Part shown: positions 9,095 to 18,016 of the stretch, in pieces
How positions within the stretch are numbered: position 1 is the first letter of the stretch
How the letters are laid out: every line of letters begins with the position of its first letter
Source of the DNA: Oscillospiraceae bacterium
GTDB lineage: Bacteria; Bacillota; Clostridia; Oscillospirales; CAG-272
NCBI GenBank assembly: GCA_015065135.1
Contig: SVQY01000001.1
Coordinates: 10,859 to 74,858, forward strand
Reading direction: 5' to 3'
DNA length: 64,000 bases
The notes under the pieces: model-generated
What the model saw: the letters and a program-made list of their open reading frames with translations, nothing else
Told to the model about the DNA's origin: nothing
Database searches by the model: none
Made by a program: the position numbers and the translations under genes

Positions 9095-9122
9095 ACGAAA
9101 ACCTTTCACAAAGGAGCAAATT

Positions 9123-10484
9123 ATGGCAACCATCAAGATCGACACAAGCAAGCAGCTGAAGGCCATCAAGCCCATGCACGCCGTGGGTCAGCCCCCCTTC
9201 GGCGGCGGCTTCCGCAAGTTCAATTTCACCCCCATGAAGCACCTGCAAAACTCCAATATCCCCTATTCCCGCCTCCATGACGTGAGCGGCGCCTTCGGCG
9301 GCAACCGCTTTGTGGACATCGGCAATATCTTCCGCGATTTCGATGCGGACGAGACCGCCCCCGCATCCTACTCCTTTGCCTTTACCGATCATCTGCTTGA
9401 GGCAATGGCTTCTTATGACCTAAAGCCCATTTTCCGTCTGGGCGAGACCATTGAGAACCAGATGACGGTTGAGGCCATCCGCATCCACCCCCCGAAGGAC
9501 TATGCAAAGTGGGCGCGCATCTGCGAGCATATCATCCGCCACTACAACGAGGGCTGGGCAGACGGCTTCCGCTACGGCATTGAGTACTGGGAGATCTGGA
9601 ATGAGCCGGAAAACGGCCCCACCCCCGAGCTGAACCAGATGTGGACGGGCACGGCGGAGGAGTATTACCGTTTGTACGATGTGACGGCAAAGCACCTGAG
9701 ATCCTGCTTTGGGAACAGCATCAAGGTGGGCGGCTACGGCTCCTGCGGCTTCGGCGGCATCTTCTATCACCCCCAAAAATACGGCATCAACTATCCTGCA
9801 AAGGAGATCGGGCCCAACTATGAAAAGGACACCTACCGCGTCACCTTCCTGCTTGATTTTCTGAAATACGTGAGGGAGCATAACTCCCCCATCGACTTCT
9901 TCTCCTGGCACAGCTATTACAACGTGGAAAAGACCGTGATCATGGATGAGTTCCTGCACCGCACTCTGAACGACTACGGCTTCAAGGGGCTTGAGACCCA
10001 TCTCAACGAATGGAACAACGCCAACGGCACCACCTACGGGCCCGAGGCTCACGGTAGCTCCTTTGCCTCCGCATCGGTAGCCTCCATGATGCTGGCCCTG
10101 CAGGATGCCCACACGGATATGCTCTGTTATTACGACGCCAAGCTGCAGGCATCCGCCTACGGCGGCCTTTTCGCCCCCCTTACCGGGGAGCCCGTTTGTA
10201 CCTACTATTCCTTTGTGGCATTCGGCCGCCTGTACGCCCTCGGCACACAGGTAGCGTGCAGGCTCGACTGCGCGCAAAAGGGGCTCTACGCCGTGGCAGC
10301 CACCGACGGCCGTAAAAACGCCCTGATGATCTCCAATCAGACGGGCGAGGCTCAGCCCTTGCAGATCGAAGGTGTAGATCTTTCCGAGGCGCGCATCTAC
10401 ACGATCGATCAGCGCCATCTGCTTTCTATGGCGTTTGATGCGGACGAGATCAAAAACGATACGGTACTGCTGGTGGAATGGTAA
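9123..10484 (+). CDS. Clan GH-A glycoside hydrolase, GH39-like (paralog 2 of 3)
   Basis: AAAGGAG RBS. Motifs YWEIWNEPE and THLNEWNN. Clear full-length similarity to paralogs 1 and 3. Confidence 0.65.
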   Translation: MATIKIDTSKQLKAIKPMHAVGQPPFGGGFRKFNFTPMKHLQNSNIPYSRLHDVSGAFGGNRFVDIGNIFRDFDADETAPASYSFAFTDHLLEAMASYDLKPIFRLGETIENQMTVEAIRIHPPKDYAKWARICEHIIRHYNEGWADGFRYGIEYWEIWNEPENGPTPELNQMWTGTAEEYYRLYDVTAKHLRSCFGNSIKVGGYGSCGFGGIFYHPQKYGINYPAKEIGPNYEKDTYRVTFLLDFLKYVREHNSPIDFFSWHSYYNVEKTVIMDEFLHRTLNDYGFKGLETHLNEWNNANGTTYGPEAHGSSFASASVASMMLALQDAHTDMLCYYDAKLQASAYGGLFAPLTGEPVCTYYSFVAFGRLYALGTQVACRLDCAQKGLYAVAATDGRKNALMISNQTGEAQPLQIEGVDLSEARIYTIDQRHLLSMAFDADEIKNDTVLLVEW

Positions 10485-10519
10485 TATCCCCCAAAACGGT
10501 ATTGAAAAAGGAGTAAATT

Positions 10520-11833
10520 ATGGTAACTATCAAGATCGACACAAGCAAGCAGATCAAAAAAATGAAGCCCATGCACGGCGGCGGTCAGCCCCCCATCGGC
10601 GGCAAGGATATGACTGAGTTTTTTCACTACATGACCGAGGCGGGCATTCCCTACTCCCGCCTGCACGACGTGGGCGGTGCCTTTGGCGGCAATCGCTTTG
10701 TGGATATTCCCAACGTGTTCCGCAACTTTGATGCCGACGAAAACGACCCCGCGAATTACGACTTCACCTTCACCGACCATCTGCTGAAGGCCATCGTCGC
10801 CGCAGGGGTAGAACCCTATTACCGCCTGGGCATCACCATCGAAAATCAAGCCTACATCAAGCCCTATCACACCTATCCCCCCAAGGATTACGAAAAATGG
10901 GCGCGCATCTGCGAGCATATCATTCGCCATTACACCGAAAAATGGGCCGACGGTTACGAATTCCCCATTACGTATTGGGAAATTTGGAACGAGCCCGAGG
11001 TGCAAAACGAGATGATGTGGTGCGGCACCTTTGAAGAATACTACCGCCTTTACGACGTGACTGCCAAGCACCTGAAGGCCTGCTTCGGGGACAAGATCCG
11101 CGTGGGCGGCTATGCCTCCTGCGGCTTTTACGCCATTGCTCCCAAGACCGCCTTTTCGGCCGAAAACAATATGATCGGCACCGTGCCCCCCAGCGAGCAT
11201 GAGGAAAAGCTGATGCGCTTTTTCTACGGCTTCTTTGACTACATCAAGGCACACGGCTCCCCCATCGACTTCTTCTCCTGGCACAGCTATGCCAATGTGG
11301 CCCGTGTGGCAAAAATGGACGCCTGGCTCCACGGGGAGCTTGCAAAGCTGGGCTACGCAGGCCTTGAGACCCACCTGAACGAGTGGGACCCCGTGGCCAA
11401 GGAGTTTGGCACCGCCCATCATGCCGCCGAGGTGGCAGCGATGATCATAGCGCTGCAGCAGGGGCACACCGACATTGCCTGCATTTACGATATGCGCACC
11501 AACACCGCCCCCTACTGCCCTCTCTTTGACATTAAGACCCACAAGCCCATTCACGCCTACTATGCGCTGGTGGCCTTCAATCTCCTCTACAAGCTGGGTT
11601 GGCAGGTGGAATGCACCGCCGACACCGAGGGGGTGTATGCCCTTTGCGCCTCCAACGGCAAACAGAGCGCCATGATGCTGACCAACCTGACGGGCGCAGA
11701 GCAAGCACTTTCTATCGAGGGTGTGGACCTCACCGATGCCCGTTGGCACGTGCTGGATCAGGAGCGCCTGCTTTCCTGGTCTCCTGCCGTCCGCAAGCTG
11801 GCGCCCAACGACGTCGTGCTGGTGGAGTGGTAA
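10520..11833 (+). CDS. Clan GH-A glycoside hydrolase, GH39-like (paralog 3 of 3)
   Basis: AAAGGAG RBS, 35 nt after paralog 2. Motifs YWEIWNEPE and THLNEWDP. Confidence 0.65.
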   Translation: MVTIKIDTSKQIKKMKPMHGGGQPPIGGKDMTEFFHYMTEAGIPYSRLHDVGGAFGGNRFVDIPNVFRNFDADENDPANYDFTFTDHLLKAIVAAGVEPYYRLGITIENQAYIKPYHTYPPKDYEKWARICEHIIRHYTEKWADGYEFPITYWEIWNEPEVQNEMMWCGTFEEYYRLYDVTAKHLKACFGDKIRVGGYASCGFYAIAPKTAFSAENNMIGTVPPSEHEEKLMRFFYGFFDYIKAHGSPIDFFSWHSYANVARVAKMDAWLHGELAKLGYAGLETHLNEWDPVAKEFGTAHHAAEVAAMIIALQQGHTDIACIYDMRTNTAPYCPLFDIKTHKPIHAYYALVAFNLLYKLGWQVECTADTEGVYALCASNGKQSAMMLTNLTGAEQALSIEGVDLTDARWHVLDQERLLSWSPAVRKLAPNDVVLVEW

Positions 11834-11860
11834 GCACCGCACTTGAACATATCGCGGATA

Positions 11861-12063
11861 CTACTCTTCCGTCTTTTTCGCTTCGCTCAAAATCCACCTT
11901 CCCTCACAAGGGAAGGCCAACAGCTTCCGCAGTCTCATCAACGGACGGGACGAATACTGCTTTTGAGCCAAAATACACTTTTGCCCTCTACTGAAAAAAG
12001 CGGCGACTTTAGCAGCCTTCCCTTGTGAGGGAAGGTGGCACCCGCAGGGTGACGGAAGAGTAG
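11861..12063. repeat. MITE/REP-like element bounded by inverted repeats
   Basis: CTACTCTTCCGTC (11861-11873) pairs with GACGGAAGAGTAG (12051-12063). CCACCTTCCCTCACAAGGGAAGG (11894-11916) is the exact reverse complement of 12016-12038. Each inner block is itself a CCTTCCC/GGGAAGG hairpin. Confidence 0.6.
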
Positions 12064-12275
12064 TCTATCCAAATAAAAGCTTTCTGCAAAGAAGAACTCC
12101 CACAGAGCAGCCTGCTCCACCGAGGAACGCCTTTCCTCTTACCCCACCTACTGTCAGAAAATTTACGATACGGATCTAAAAAAATCGCTCATTTGCATCG
12201 ATCCTGCCACAAAGAAGTGGGTGGATGCCATGGGCAACGAGATCTGATTCCGTAGCATCAGAAAGGAGAGCACAT

Positions 12276-12683
12276 ATGCAAAACGATCTGCTGCGAACCA
12301 TACTTACCATACTGATCTGCCTGGCCGCTTTCGCCATCGCCTTTCTCATCCAGGCGCTTGCCGCCTTCAAGGCCAAAAGCCGCATTGTGAAATGCCTGCC
12401 TCTCATTCCCGTAGCGCTGTTGCTACTCTTTTGCGTGATCCTTCTCATTTCCTGCATCACCACGGTGAACGCACCCGTTGAGGGCGACAGCTCCGCTCAA
12501 CTGGGCCAAGGGATCGGCAAGGCAATCATACTGATTTTGACCATTGCCGTCTGTGTTCCCTCCGGCTGCATCATACTGGGAGATGCCGCCGCCTGGATCA
12601 CCTATGCGATCGTCATCTCCAAACGGCGAAAAGCAGAAAAAGCACTGCCGGAAAGCAGCGAAACCGATCCGGAAAACAGTTGA
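12276..12683 (+). CDS. Hypothetical integral membrane protein
   Basis: GAAAGGAGAG RBS before ATG 12276. Four hydrophobic segments. No recognisable family. Confidence 0.55.
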   Translation: MQNDLLRTILTILICLAAFAIAFLIQALAAFKAKSRIVKCLPLIPVALLLLFCVILLISCITTVNAPVEGDSSAQLGQGIGKAIILILTIAVCVPSGCIILGDAAAWITYAIVISKRRKAEKALPESSETDPENS

Positions 12684-12702
12684 AAAGTACCATAACGGTA
12701 TC

Positions 12703-12740
12703 AAAAAAGCACGGAATCTTCATTCCGTGCTTTTTCTTTT
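12703..12740. terminator. Bidirectional intrinsic terminator
   Basis: Hairpin AGCACGGAAT-cttc-ATTCCGTGCT flanked by an A6 run and T-runs. Confidence 0.8.
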
Positions 12741-13214
12741 TCACTCGCGGATGGCGCACACGTCCACCCAAGCAGCAGGGCTTGTGATCTGCTCCAACTC
12801 GGTGGGAGTCAGCCCTACCGTGGTATTATGGCTACCGCCGGAGGCGTGACTGACGGCAAATCGCTTCAGAGTTTCATCCAAATACACACGCACGCCCTCC
12901 TTCAAAGCAAAGGGGCAAACGCCACCGGGGGCGTGACCGGTCAGCTCCTCTACCCGATCGAAGGGCAGCATCTGCGCCTTGCAACCGAAGGTCTCCTTGA
13001 ATTTGGCGTTGGCGATCTTGGTGTCACCCGAGGCAACGATCACGATGACCGTGTCATCCTTCAGCATAAAGGACATGGTCTTGGCGATCTCCGCCTCGGT
13101 ACAGCCGATAGACTCCGCCGCGTGAGTCACCGTGTCGGCGGTCATTTCTCTTGTCACAAAGCGATCACCAAAGCCAACGCTTTCCAGATATGCTTTTACA
13201 TTTTCGCAGGACAT
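12741..13214 (-). CDS. YbaK/EbsC-type aminoacyl-tRNA editing (deacylase) domain protein
   Basis: About 157 aa with the motif HAPGGVCPF and a SGG..N region typical of the YbaK/ProX family. The start was moved to ATG 13214. Confidence 0.7.
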   Translation of the reverse strand: MSCENVKAYLESVGFGDRFVTREMTADTVTHAAESIGCTEAEIAKTMSFMLKDDTVIVIVASGDTKIANAKFKETFGCKAQMLPFDRVEELTGHAPGGVCPFALKEGVRVYLDETLKRFAVSHASGGSHNTTVGLTPTELEQITSPAAWVDVCAIRE

Positions 13215-13233
13215 ATTCGTTTTTTCCTTTTCT

Positions 13234-13962
13234 TTATTGTTTTTGCAGAATTTCACAGACCGAGCGGATCACGCACTCCCGCTCTGCAGGGGTCACCTCA
13301 ACGTCAAAATCGTCAAAGGCATCGGCGGATACATCCTTTCCCGTCAGCACCGCATACCAGAGCAGCGCCAACCCGTAGCGTCCTGCGCCAAGGGAGGCGT
13401 GGAAGGTGTCGCGGTGGACCTTCTCCAGTCCGTTTGCCAGCATTTTGGCCATCAGCTCGCCCGAGGGAATGACCGCATCCGCCCCGATATCGGCGGCAGC
13501 TCTTGCATAAGCGGCAAGGATGTCGGCGGTCATCTGCTCCGGCCTTTCGTATTTCATCAGCACCGTCAGCTTTTCACTATCCTTCTCATAGGCCCAGGTC
13601 TGATGGATCACCTGCTTTGCCTTGGGGCAAAGGCGGTGCACGTAGGCGGAAAGCTCATTCAGATAGGGCTGATAGGTCTCGTATTTGGGGCTGGAGGGGC
13701 TGGCCTGCTGCATAGTGATCACATCCCAGGGGCGGTTGAGCAGCGCCTCCTTCAAGGAGACCTTAAAGCCGCTGCTCTCTCCGTTGATCTGCAGCTCGTA
13801 GGCCTGCTCCTCGCTCAGCATATTGCGGAAATGCCGCTCCAGCGTGCAGCCGCCGATATACAGGTTCACAACGGTCAGCTTCTCCCCTGCCGCACGCGCG
13901 ATCTTGTGCAGATAGCGTGTCGCATCAGAGGAAAAGCTGTTGCCAATGGCTAAAATTTTCAT
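13234..13962 (-). CDS. DUF4886/SGNH-like hydrolase family protein
   Basis: N-terminal MKILAIGNSFS block typical of SGNH-type esterases. A 4-nt overlap with the upstream gene suggests an operon. Confidence 0.6.
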   Translation of the reverse strand: MKILAIGNSFSSDATRYLHKIARAAGEKLTVVNLYIGGCTLERHFRNMLSEEQAYELQINGESSGFKVSLKEALLNRPWDVITMQQASPSSPKYETYQPYLNELSAYVHRLCPKAKQVIHQTWAYEKDSEKLTVLMKYERPEQMTADILAAYARAAADIGADAVIPSGELMAKMLANGLEKVHRDTFHASLGAGRYGLALLWYAVLTGKDVSADAFDDFDVEVTPAERECVIRSVCEILQKQ

Positions 13963-15293
13963 ATACGTATCCTCTTTTCTGTGTTTTGCAGCACAAAATT
14001 TCGCTCTGCGAGCCGCTCGCGCAGCATCGCCTTATCCGGTGCGTAGACAGGCATTTCGGTATCGCAATAAAGGGCTGCGGCAATGCCTGCCGCCTCTCCC
14101 GTGCTCATAGCCGTTGCCTGCACGCGGATGGAGGCGTATGGCTCACGCTCGGCGGAAATGCACCGCCCCGCAGCGATCAGGTTGGCAAATCCGTTTGCCA
14201 CCGTCGCCTCGTAGGGAACGTAGCAATCACCCGGCAGGGCGGTCAGCTGCTGACCTGCGCCCTTGGCGGCGTGGATATCCATAGGGTGGGCGCAATGAGC
14301 CACCGGGCAATCCACCTCTCTGCCCTCGATCACATCCTGCAGGGTCATGGTCCGTACACCCTTGATGTGCCGCGTTTCCCGCACGCCTGCGTTCACGCCC
14401 GAAAAGACGATCTCGCAATTTTTAAATTCGGGATATTCCTGCCGCAAAAGCTCCACTAAGGTAAACATATCCTCCCGAAGCTTCATCTCCGCCTCGGTAA
14501 AGGCGGCGCGATCGGTGGCATCCACCTGCGCCCTGGTGATATTGACCGCAAGGCTATCCCCCTTCAGCAGCACGTTGAACCAAGGGCCGCAAAAGCTTGT
14601 GACGCCCGCCTTTTCGGCGATCTCCAGCAATCGGTCACGGATCACCGCGTTGCAGGATCGCTTTCCGCCCTTGCCGTCGTGATGGATGCAATCCCGCAGC
14701 AAGGGGGTGGTGGCGTCTACACCGCTGAGAATAAAGCAGCGAGAGACCGGCTGCAGCTCCTGCGCCGCTGCCAGCATCGGCACCCCTGCCATATGGCAAA
14801 GATCCCCGTCGCCGGTAGCATCAATAAAGCATCTGCCCCCGATGGCCTCGGTGCCGTTCTTGCTCTCGATCACGGCATAGGTCACGCGCTCGCCCTCCTG
14901 CAGGCAGCCCGACAGATAGGCGTTTGTATACAGCGTCACGCCGCTCTCTCGCAGCATCCGCTCCGCCACCAGCTTGTAATATTCCAGATTGACCGAAATA
15001 TGCCCTGCGGGCATTTCGGGCAGGGCGGCGTCCGACTGCATCAGCCGTTCTACAAATTCCCAAGCAATGCCGCCCACTACGCGCTTGCCGCGAAAGTAAA
15101 AGCCGCTGATCGGCACCACCGCGCAGCCTGTAGCGGTGCCACCAAAGAAGCCGAGCCTCTCGATCAGCGCCACGCGCTTGCCGCACCTGGCCGCCGACAC
15201 GGCGGCCACCCATCCGGCAGGACCTCCGCCGCAGACAACTACGTCATATTCCCCTACGGCAGGGATCCTTTTTTCGATTTGAAGCATCTTCAT
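13959..15293 (-). CDS. FAD-dependent oxidoreductase
   Basis: N-terminal Rossmann dinucleotide motif DVVVCGGGPAGWVAA. 444 aa. Confidence 0.7.
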   Translation of the reverse strand: MKMLQIEKRIPAVGEYDVVVCGGGPAGWVAAVSAARCGKRVALIERLGFFGGTATGCAVVPISGFYFRGKRVVGGIAWEFVERLMQSDAALPEMPAGHISVNLEYYKLVAERMLRESGVTLYTNAYLSGCLQEGERVTYAVIESKNGTEAIGGRCFIDATGDGDLCHMAGVPMLAAAQELQPVSRCFILSGVDATTPLLRDCIHHDGKGGKRSCNAVIRDRLLEIAEKAGVTSFCGPWFNVLLKGDSLAVNITRAQVDATDRAAFTEAEMKLREDMFTLVELLRQEYPEFKNCEIVFSGVNAGVRETRHIKGVRTMTLQDVIEGREVDCPVAHCAHPMDIHAAKGAGQQLTALPGDCYVPYEATVANGFANLIAAGRCISAEREPYASIRVQATAMSTGEAAGIAAALYCDTEMPVYAPDKAMLRERLAERNFVLQNTEKRIRI

Positions 15294-15414
15294 GCAACTA
15301 CTCCTTTTTGTTTGTTACTGATATTATATAGCCGCGTGAGCGAAAAGTCAAGAGCCGCGCCAAGTCTGATTTCCTGCCTCGAAAGCGCCAAAGACTCCTT
15401 TTTTTTAAAAAACT

Positions 15415-15444
15415 ATTGACAAGCCCACCGCCGCGTGCTATAAT
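15415..15444 (+). promoter_or_regulatory. Promoter of the T-box/trpB transcript
   Basis: TTGACA (15415-15420), 18 nt, TATAAT (15439-15444). Confidence 0.7.
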
Positions 15445-15450
15445 CTAACC

Positions 15451-15702
15451 ACATCAAACCGTTGATGCGGAGATAACGGCAAGAAAGCCTGCACAGAGAG
15501 CCCACGTTGCTGCGAGTTGGGTCGGATACTGCTTGTCAAATGGACCGCGGAGGGCACAGTCAAAGGGAGACCGAGTATTCTGTGACGGCAGGCGCACGTT
15601 AGTCGCCAAGGGTATGACCGTACCCAACGAGTGATAAATCAAGGTGGCACCGCGAGCGTATCGCCCTTGATAAGGACTTTGGTCTTTGTCAGGGGATTTT
15701 TT
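15451..15702 (+). promoter_or_regulatory. T-box leader (tRNA-Trp specifier) with terminator
   Basis: AGAGAG box, GCUGCGA (GNUGNGA) motif, candidate specifier AAA-UGG-A, T-box sequence AAGGUGGCACCGCG, then a terminator stem and T6 ending near 15702. Sits directly upstream of trpB. Confidence 0.8.
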
Positions 15703-15720
15703 GTTTCAAGGAGGCACTTT

Positions 15721-15786
15721 ATGTTTTTACTGACAAAACGATGGCGGCAGGAGACCGGCTTAGGATCCACCACCCCAAACATATAA
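15721..15786 (+). CDS. Possible 21-codon upstream ORF (MFLLTKRWRQETGLGSTTPNI)
   Basis: Strong AAGGAGG sits 6 nt before ATG 15721. The stop TAA (15784-15786) overlaps the trpB RBS. There is no homology evidence. Confidence 0.25.
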   Translation: MFLLTKRWRQETGLGSTTPNI

Positions 15787-15801
15787 AAAGGAGAAAGAAA
15801 A

Positions 15802-17022
15802 ATGAAGCTTGGAAACGTAGATTTTGATACTTATTTTAATAACTACCCGGATAAGGACGGCTATTTCGGCAAGTACGGCGGCGTTTTTGTTGACGACAAG
15901 CTGAAGGCTGCCATGAAGGAGATCACCGAGGCCTATTACTCTATCTGCCAGTCCCGCAAGTTCATTGCGGAGCTGCGCCGCATCCGCAAGGAGTTTCAGG
16001 GCAGACCCACGCCTGTTACCCATCTGGAGCGCCTTTCCGATGCCCTTGGCGGCAAGGTACAGCTGTACGCCAAGCGGGAGGACCTGAACCACTCCGGCGC
16101 CCACAAGCTCAACCATTGTATGGGCGAGGCACTGCTTGCCAAGTATATGGGCAAAAAGAAGGTGATCGCCGAGACCGGTGCCGGTCAGCACGGCGTGGCC
16201 CTTGCCACCGCCGCCGCCTACTTCGGTCTGGAGTGCGACATCTATATGGGCAGCGTGGATATCAAGAAGCAGGCCCCCAACGTGGCGCGCATGAAGATCC
16301 TGGGCGCCAACGTGGTGGAGGTCACCCACGGTCTGAAGACCCTGAAGGAGGCCGTTGATGCCGCCTTCGAGGCATATAGCAAGGAGTACAACGATGCTAT
16401 CTACTGCATCGGCTCGGTTCTGGGCCCCCATCCCTTCCCCATGATGGTCCGCGATTTCCAGAGCGTGGTAGGCATTGAGGCAAGAGAACAGTTCATCGAA
16501 ATGACCGGTCACCTGCCCTCCGCTATCGTTGCCTGCGTGGGCGGCGGCTCCAATGCCGCAGGCCTCTTTGCGGGCTTCCTCAACGACCCTGTTGACATCT
16601 ACGGCATCGAGCCCCTCGGCAGAGGTCCCAAGCTGGGCGATCACGCCGCCAGCCTGAAGTACGGCACCGAGGGCATCATGCACGGCTTTAACAGCATCAT
16701 GCTCAAGGATGAGAACGGCGAGCCCGCTCCCGTTTACTCGGTGGCAAGCGGTCTGGATTATCCCTCCTCCGGCCCCGAGCACGCCTTCTTGCAGGAGATC
16801 GGCCGTGTGAAATACGACGTGATCGACGACGAGGAGACCATCGACGCCTTCTTCAAGCTCTCCCGTATGGAGGGCATCATCCCCGCCATCGAAAGCGCCC
16901 ACGCGGTGGCGTTCGGCATGAAGCTGGCAAAGCAAATGGAGCACGGCTCGGTGCTGATCAATCTCTCCGGCCGCGGCGACAAGGATATGGACTACGTGAT
17001 CGAGAATTACGGCATTCGTTGA
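15802..17022 (+). CDS. trpB: Tryptophan synthase beta chain (stand-alone)
   Basis: N-terminal GYFGKYGG motif, PLP-lysine region [15 protein letters not shown] loop. 406 aa. Confidence 0.9.
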   Translation: MKLGNVDFDTYFNNYPDKDGYFGKYGGVFVDDKLKAAMKEITEAYYSICQSRKFIAELRRIRKEFQGRPTPVTHLERLSDALGGKVQLYAKREDLNHSGAHKLNHCMGEALLAKYMGKKKVIAETGAGQHGVALATAAAYFGLECDIYMGSVDIKKQAPNVARMKILGANVVEVTHGLKTLKEAVDAAFEAYSKEYNDAIYCIGSVLGPHPFPMMVRDFQSVVGIEAREQFIEMTGHLPSAIVACVGGGSNAAGLFAGFLNDPVDIYGIEPLGRGPKLGDHAASLKYGTEGIMHGFNSIMLKDENGEPAPVYSVASGLDYPSSGPEHAFLQEIGRVKYDVIDDEETIDAFFKLSRMEGIIPAIESAHAVAFGMKLAKQMEHGSVLINLSGRGDKDMDYVIENYGIR

Positions 17023-17025
17023 TCG

Positions 17026-17056
17026 AAAAAAGAGGTAGCAATGCTACCTCTTTTTT
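17026..17056 (+). terminator. Intrinsic terminator after trpB
   Basis: Hairpin AGAGGTAGCA-at-TGCTACCTCT followed by T6. Confidence 0.85.
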
Positions 17057-17122
17057 ATTGACAAAATCCTCGCATATAAGATATAATAAAAACAGATACT
17101 TTTTATCAAAGGAGGGGTGCGC

Positions 17123-17884
17123 GTGACAATGGTCCTTCTGACCGCCCTTGGGGTGGGTGGCGCCACGATGGTCGGCGCTCTGATCGGCTTTATCTTTAAA
17201 AAGCTGTCGCATCAATTTTCGGATATCGTGCTTTCCTTTGCGGCAGGCGTGATGCTGGCCGCTGCCGTGATCGGGCTGATATTGCCCTCTCTGGAGTACG
17301 GTGATTACGCCATCGGATGGCGGCTGCTCGTTACTGCGGTGGGCATCTTTGCCGGTGCCGTTTGCCTCAATCTTATTGACAGGCTGGTACCCCATCTGCA
17401 CAAGCTGGCCGGCGCGGAGGAAGAAACACATCGCAACAAAAACTTGAACCGTGTGCTGCTTTTTGTGCTCGCGATCGCGATCCACAACCTGCCGGAGGGC
17501 ATTGCCGCAGGCGTTGGCTTTGGCACCGGTAACACCACGCAGGCTCTGATCATTGCCGGCGGTATCGCCCTGCAGAACGTGCCGGAGGGTATGGTGATCA
17601 TCGGCCCGATGCTCTCGGCCGGCATCTCTGCCAAAAAAACCATTCTGATCGCTCTCGGCACCGGCCTCATTGAGGTAGTAGGCACCCTGATCGGTTATTT
17701 CGCGGTCAGCCTTGCCGCCGTGATTCTGCCCTTCGCCCTCGCCTTTGCGGGTGGCACGATGCTCTATGTGATCAGTGATGAAATGATCCCCGAGACTCAC
17801 GCGCACGGACATCAGCGAGGCGCCACCTATGCGCTGCTGGTGGGCTTTTGCGTGATGCTGGCCACCGATTTTCTGCTGGGATAA
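17123..17884 (+). CDS. ZIP-family divalent metal (zinc) transporter
   Basis: HNLPEGIA and QNVPEG motifs of ZupT/ZIP permeases and multiple TM segments. The start is uncertain: GTG 17123 is 7 nt after GGAGG, or ATG 17129. Confidence 0.8.
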   Translation: MTMVLLTALGVGGATMVGALIGFIFKKLSHQFSDIVLSFAAGVMLAAAVIGLILPSLEYGDYAIGWRLLVTAVGIFAGAVCLNLIDRLVPHLHKLAGAEEETHRNKNLNRVLLFVLAIAIHNLPEGIAAGVGFGTGNTTQALIIAGGIALQNVPEGMVIIGPMLSAGISAKKTILIALGTGLIEVVGTLIGYFAVSLAAVILPFALAFAGGTMLYVISDEMIPETHAHGHQRGATYALLVGFCVMLATDFLLG

Positions 17885-17934
17885 AAAAGGTGTCGCGGCA
17901 GCATTGCCATAACGATTACCCCACAAACGGTATC

Positions 17935-17973
17935 AAAAAAGGCCTTGGACACAATGTGTCCAAGGCCTTTTTT
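17935..17973. terminator. Bidirectional intrinsic terminator
   Basis: Hairpin GGCCTTGGACAC-aa-TGTGTCCAAGGCC flanked by A6 and T6 runs. Confidence 0.85.
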
Positions 17974-18016
17974 ACTTTGTTGAGCGATAGGAAAGACACG
18001 CATTCAGCGCATCATT

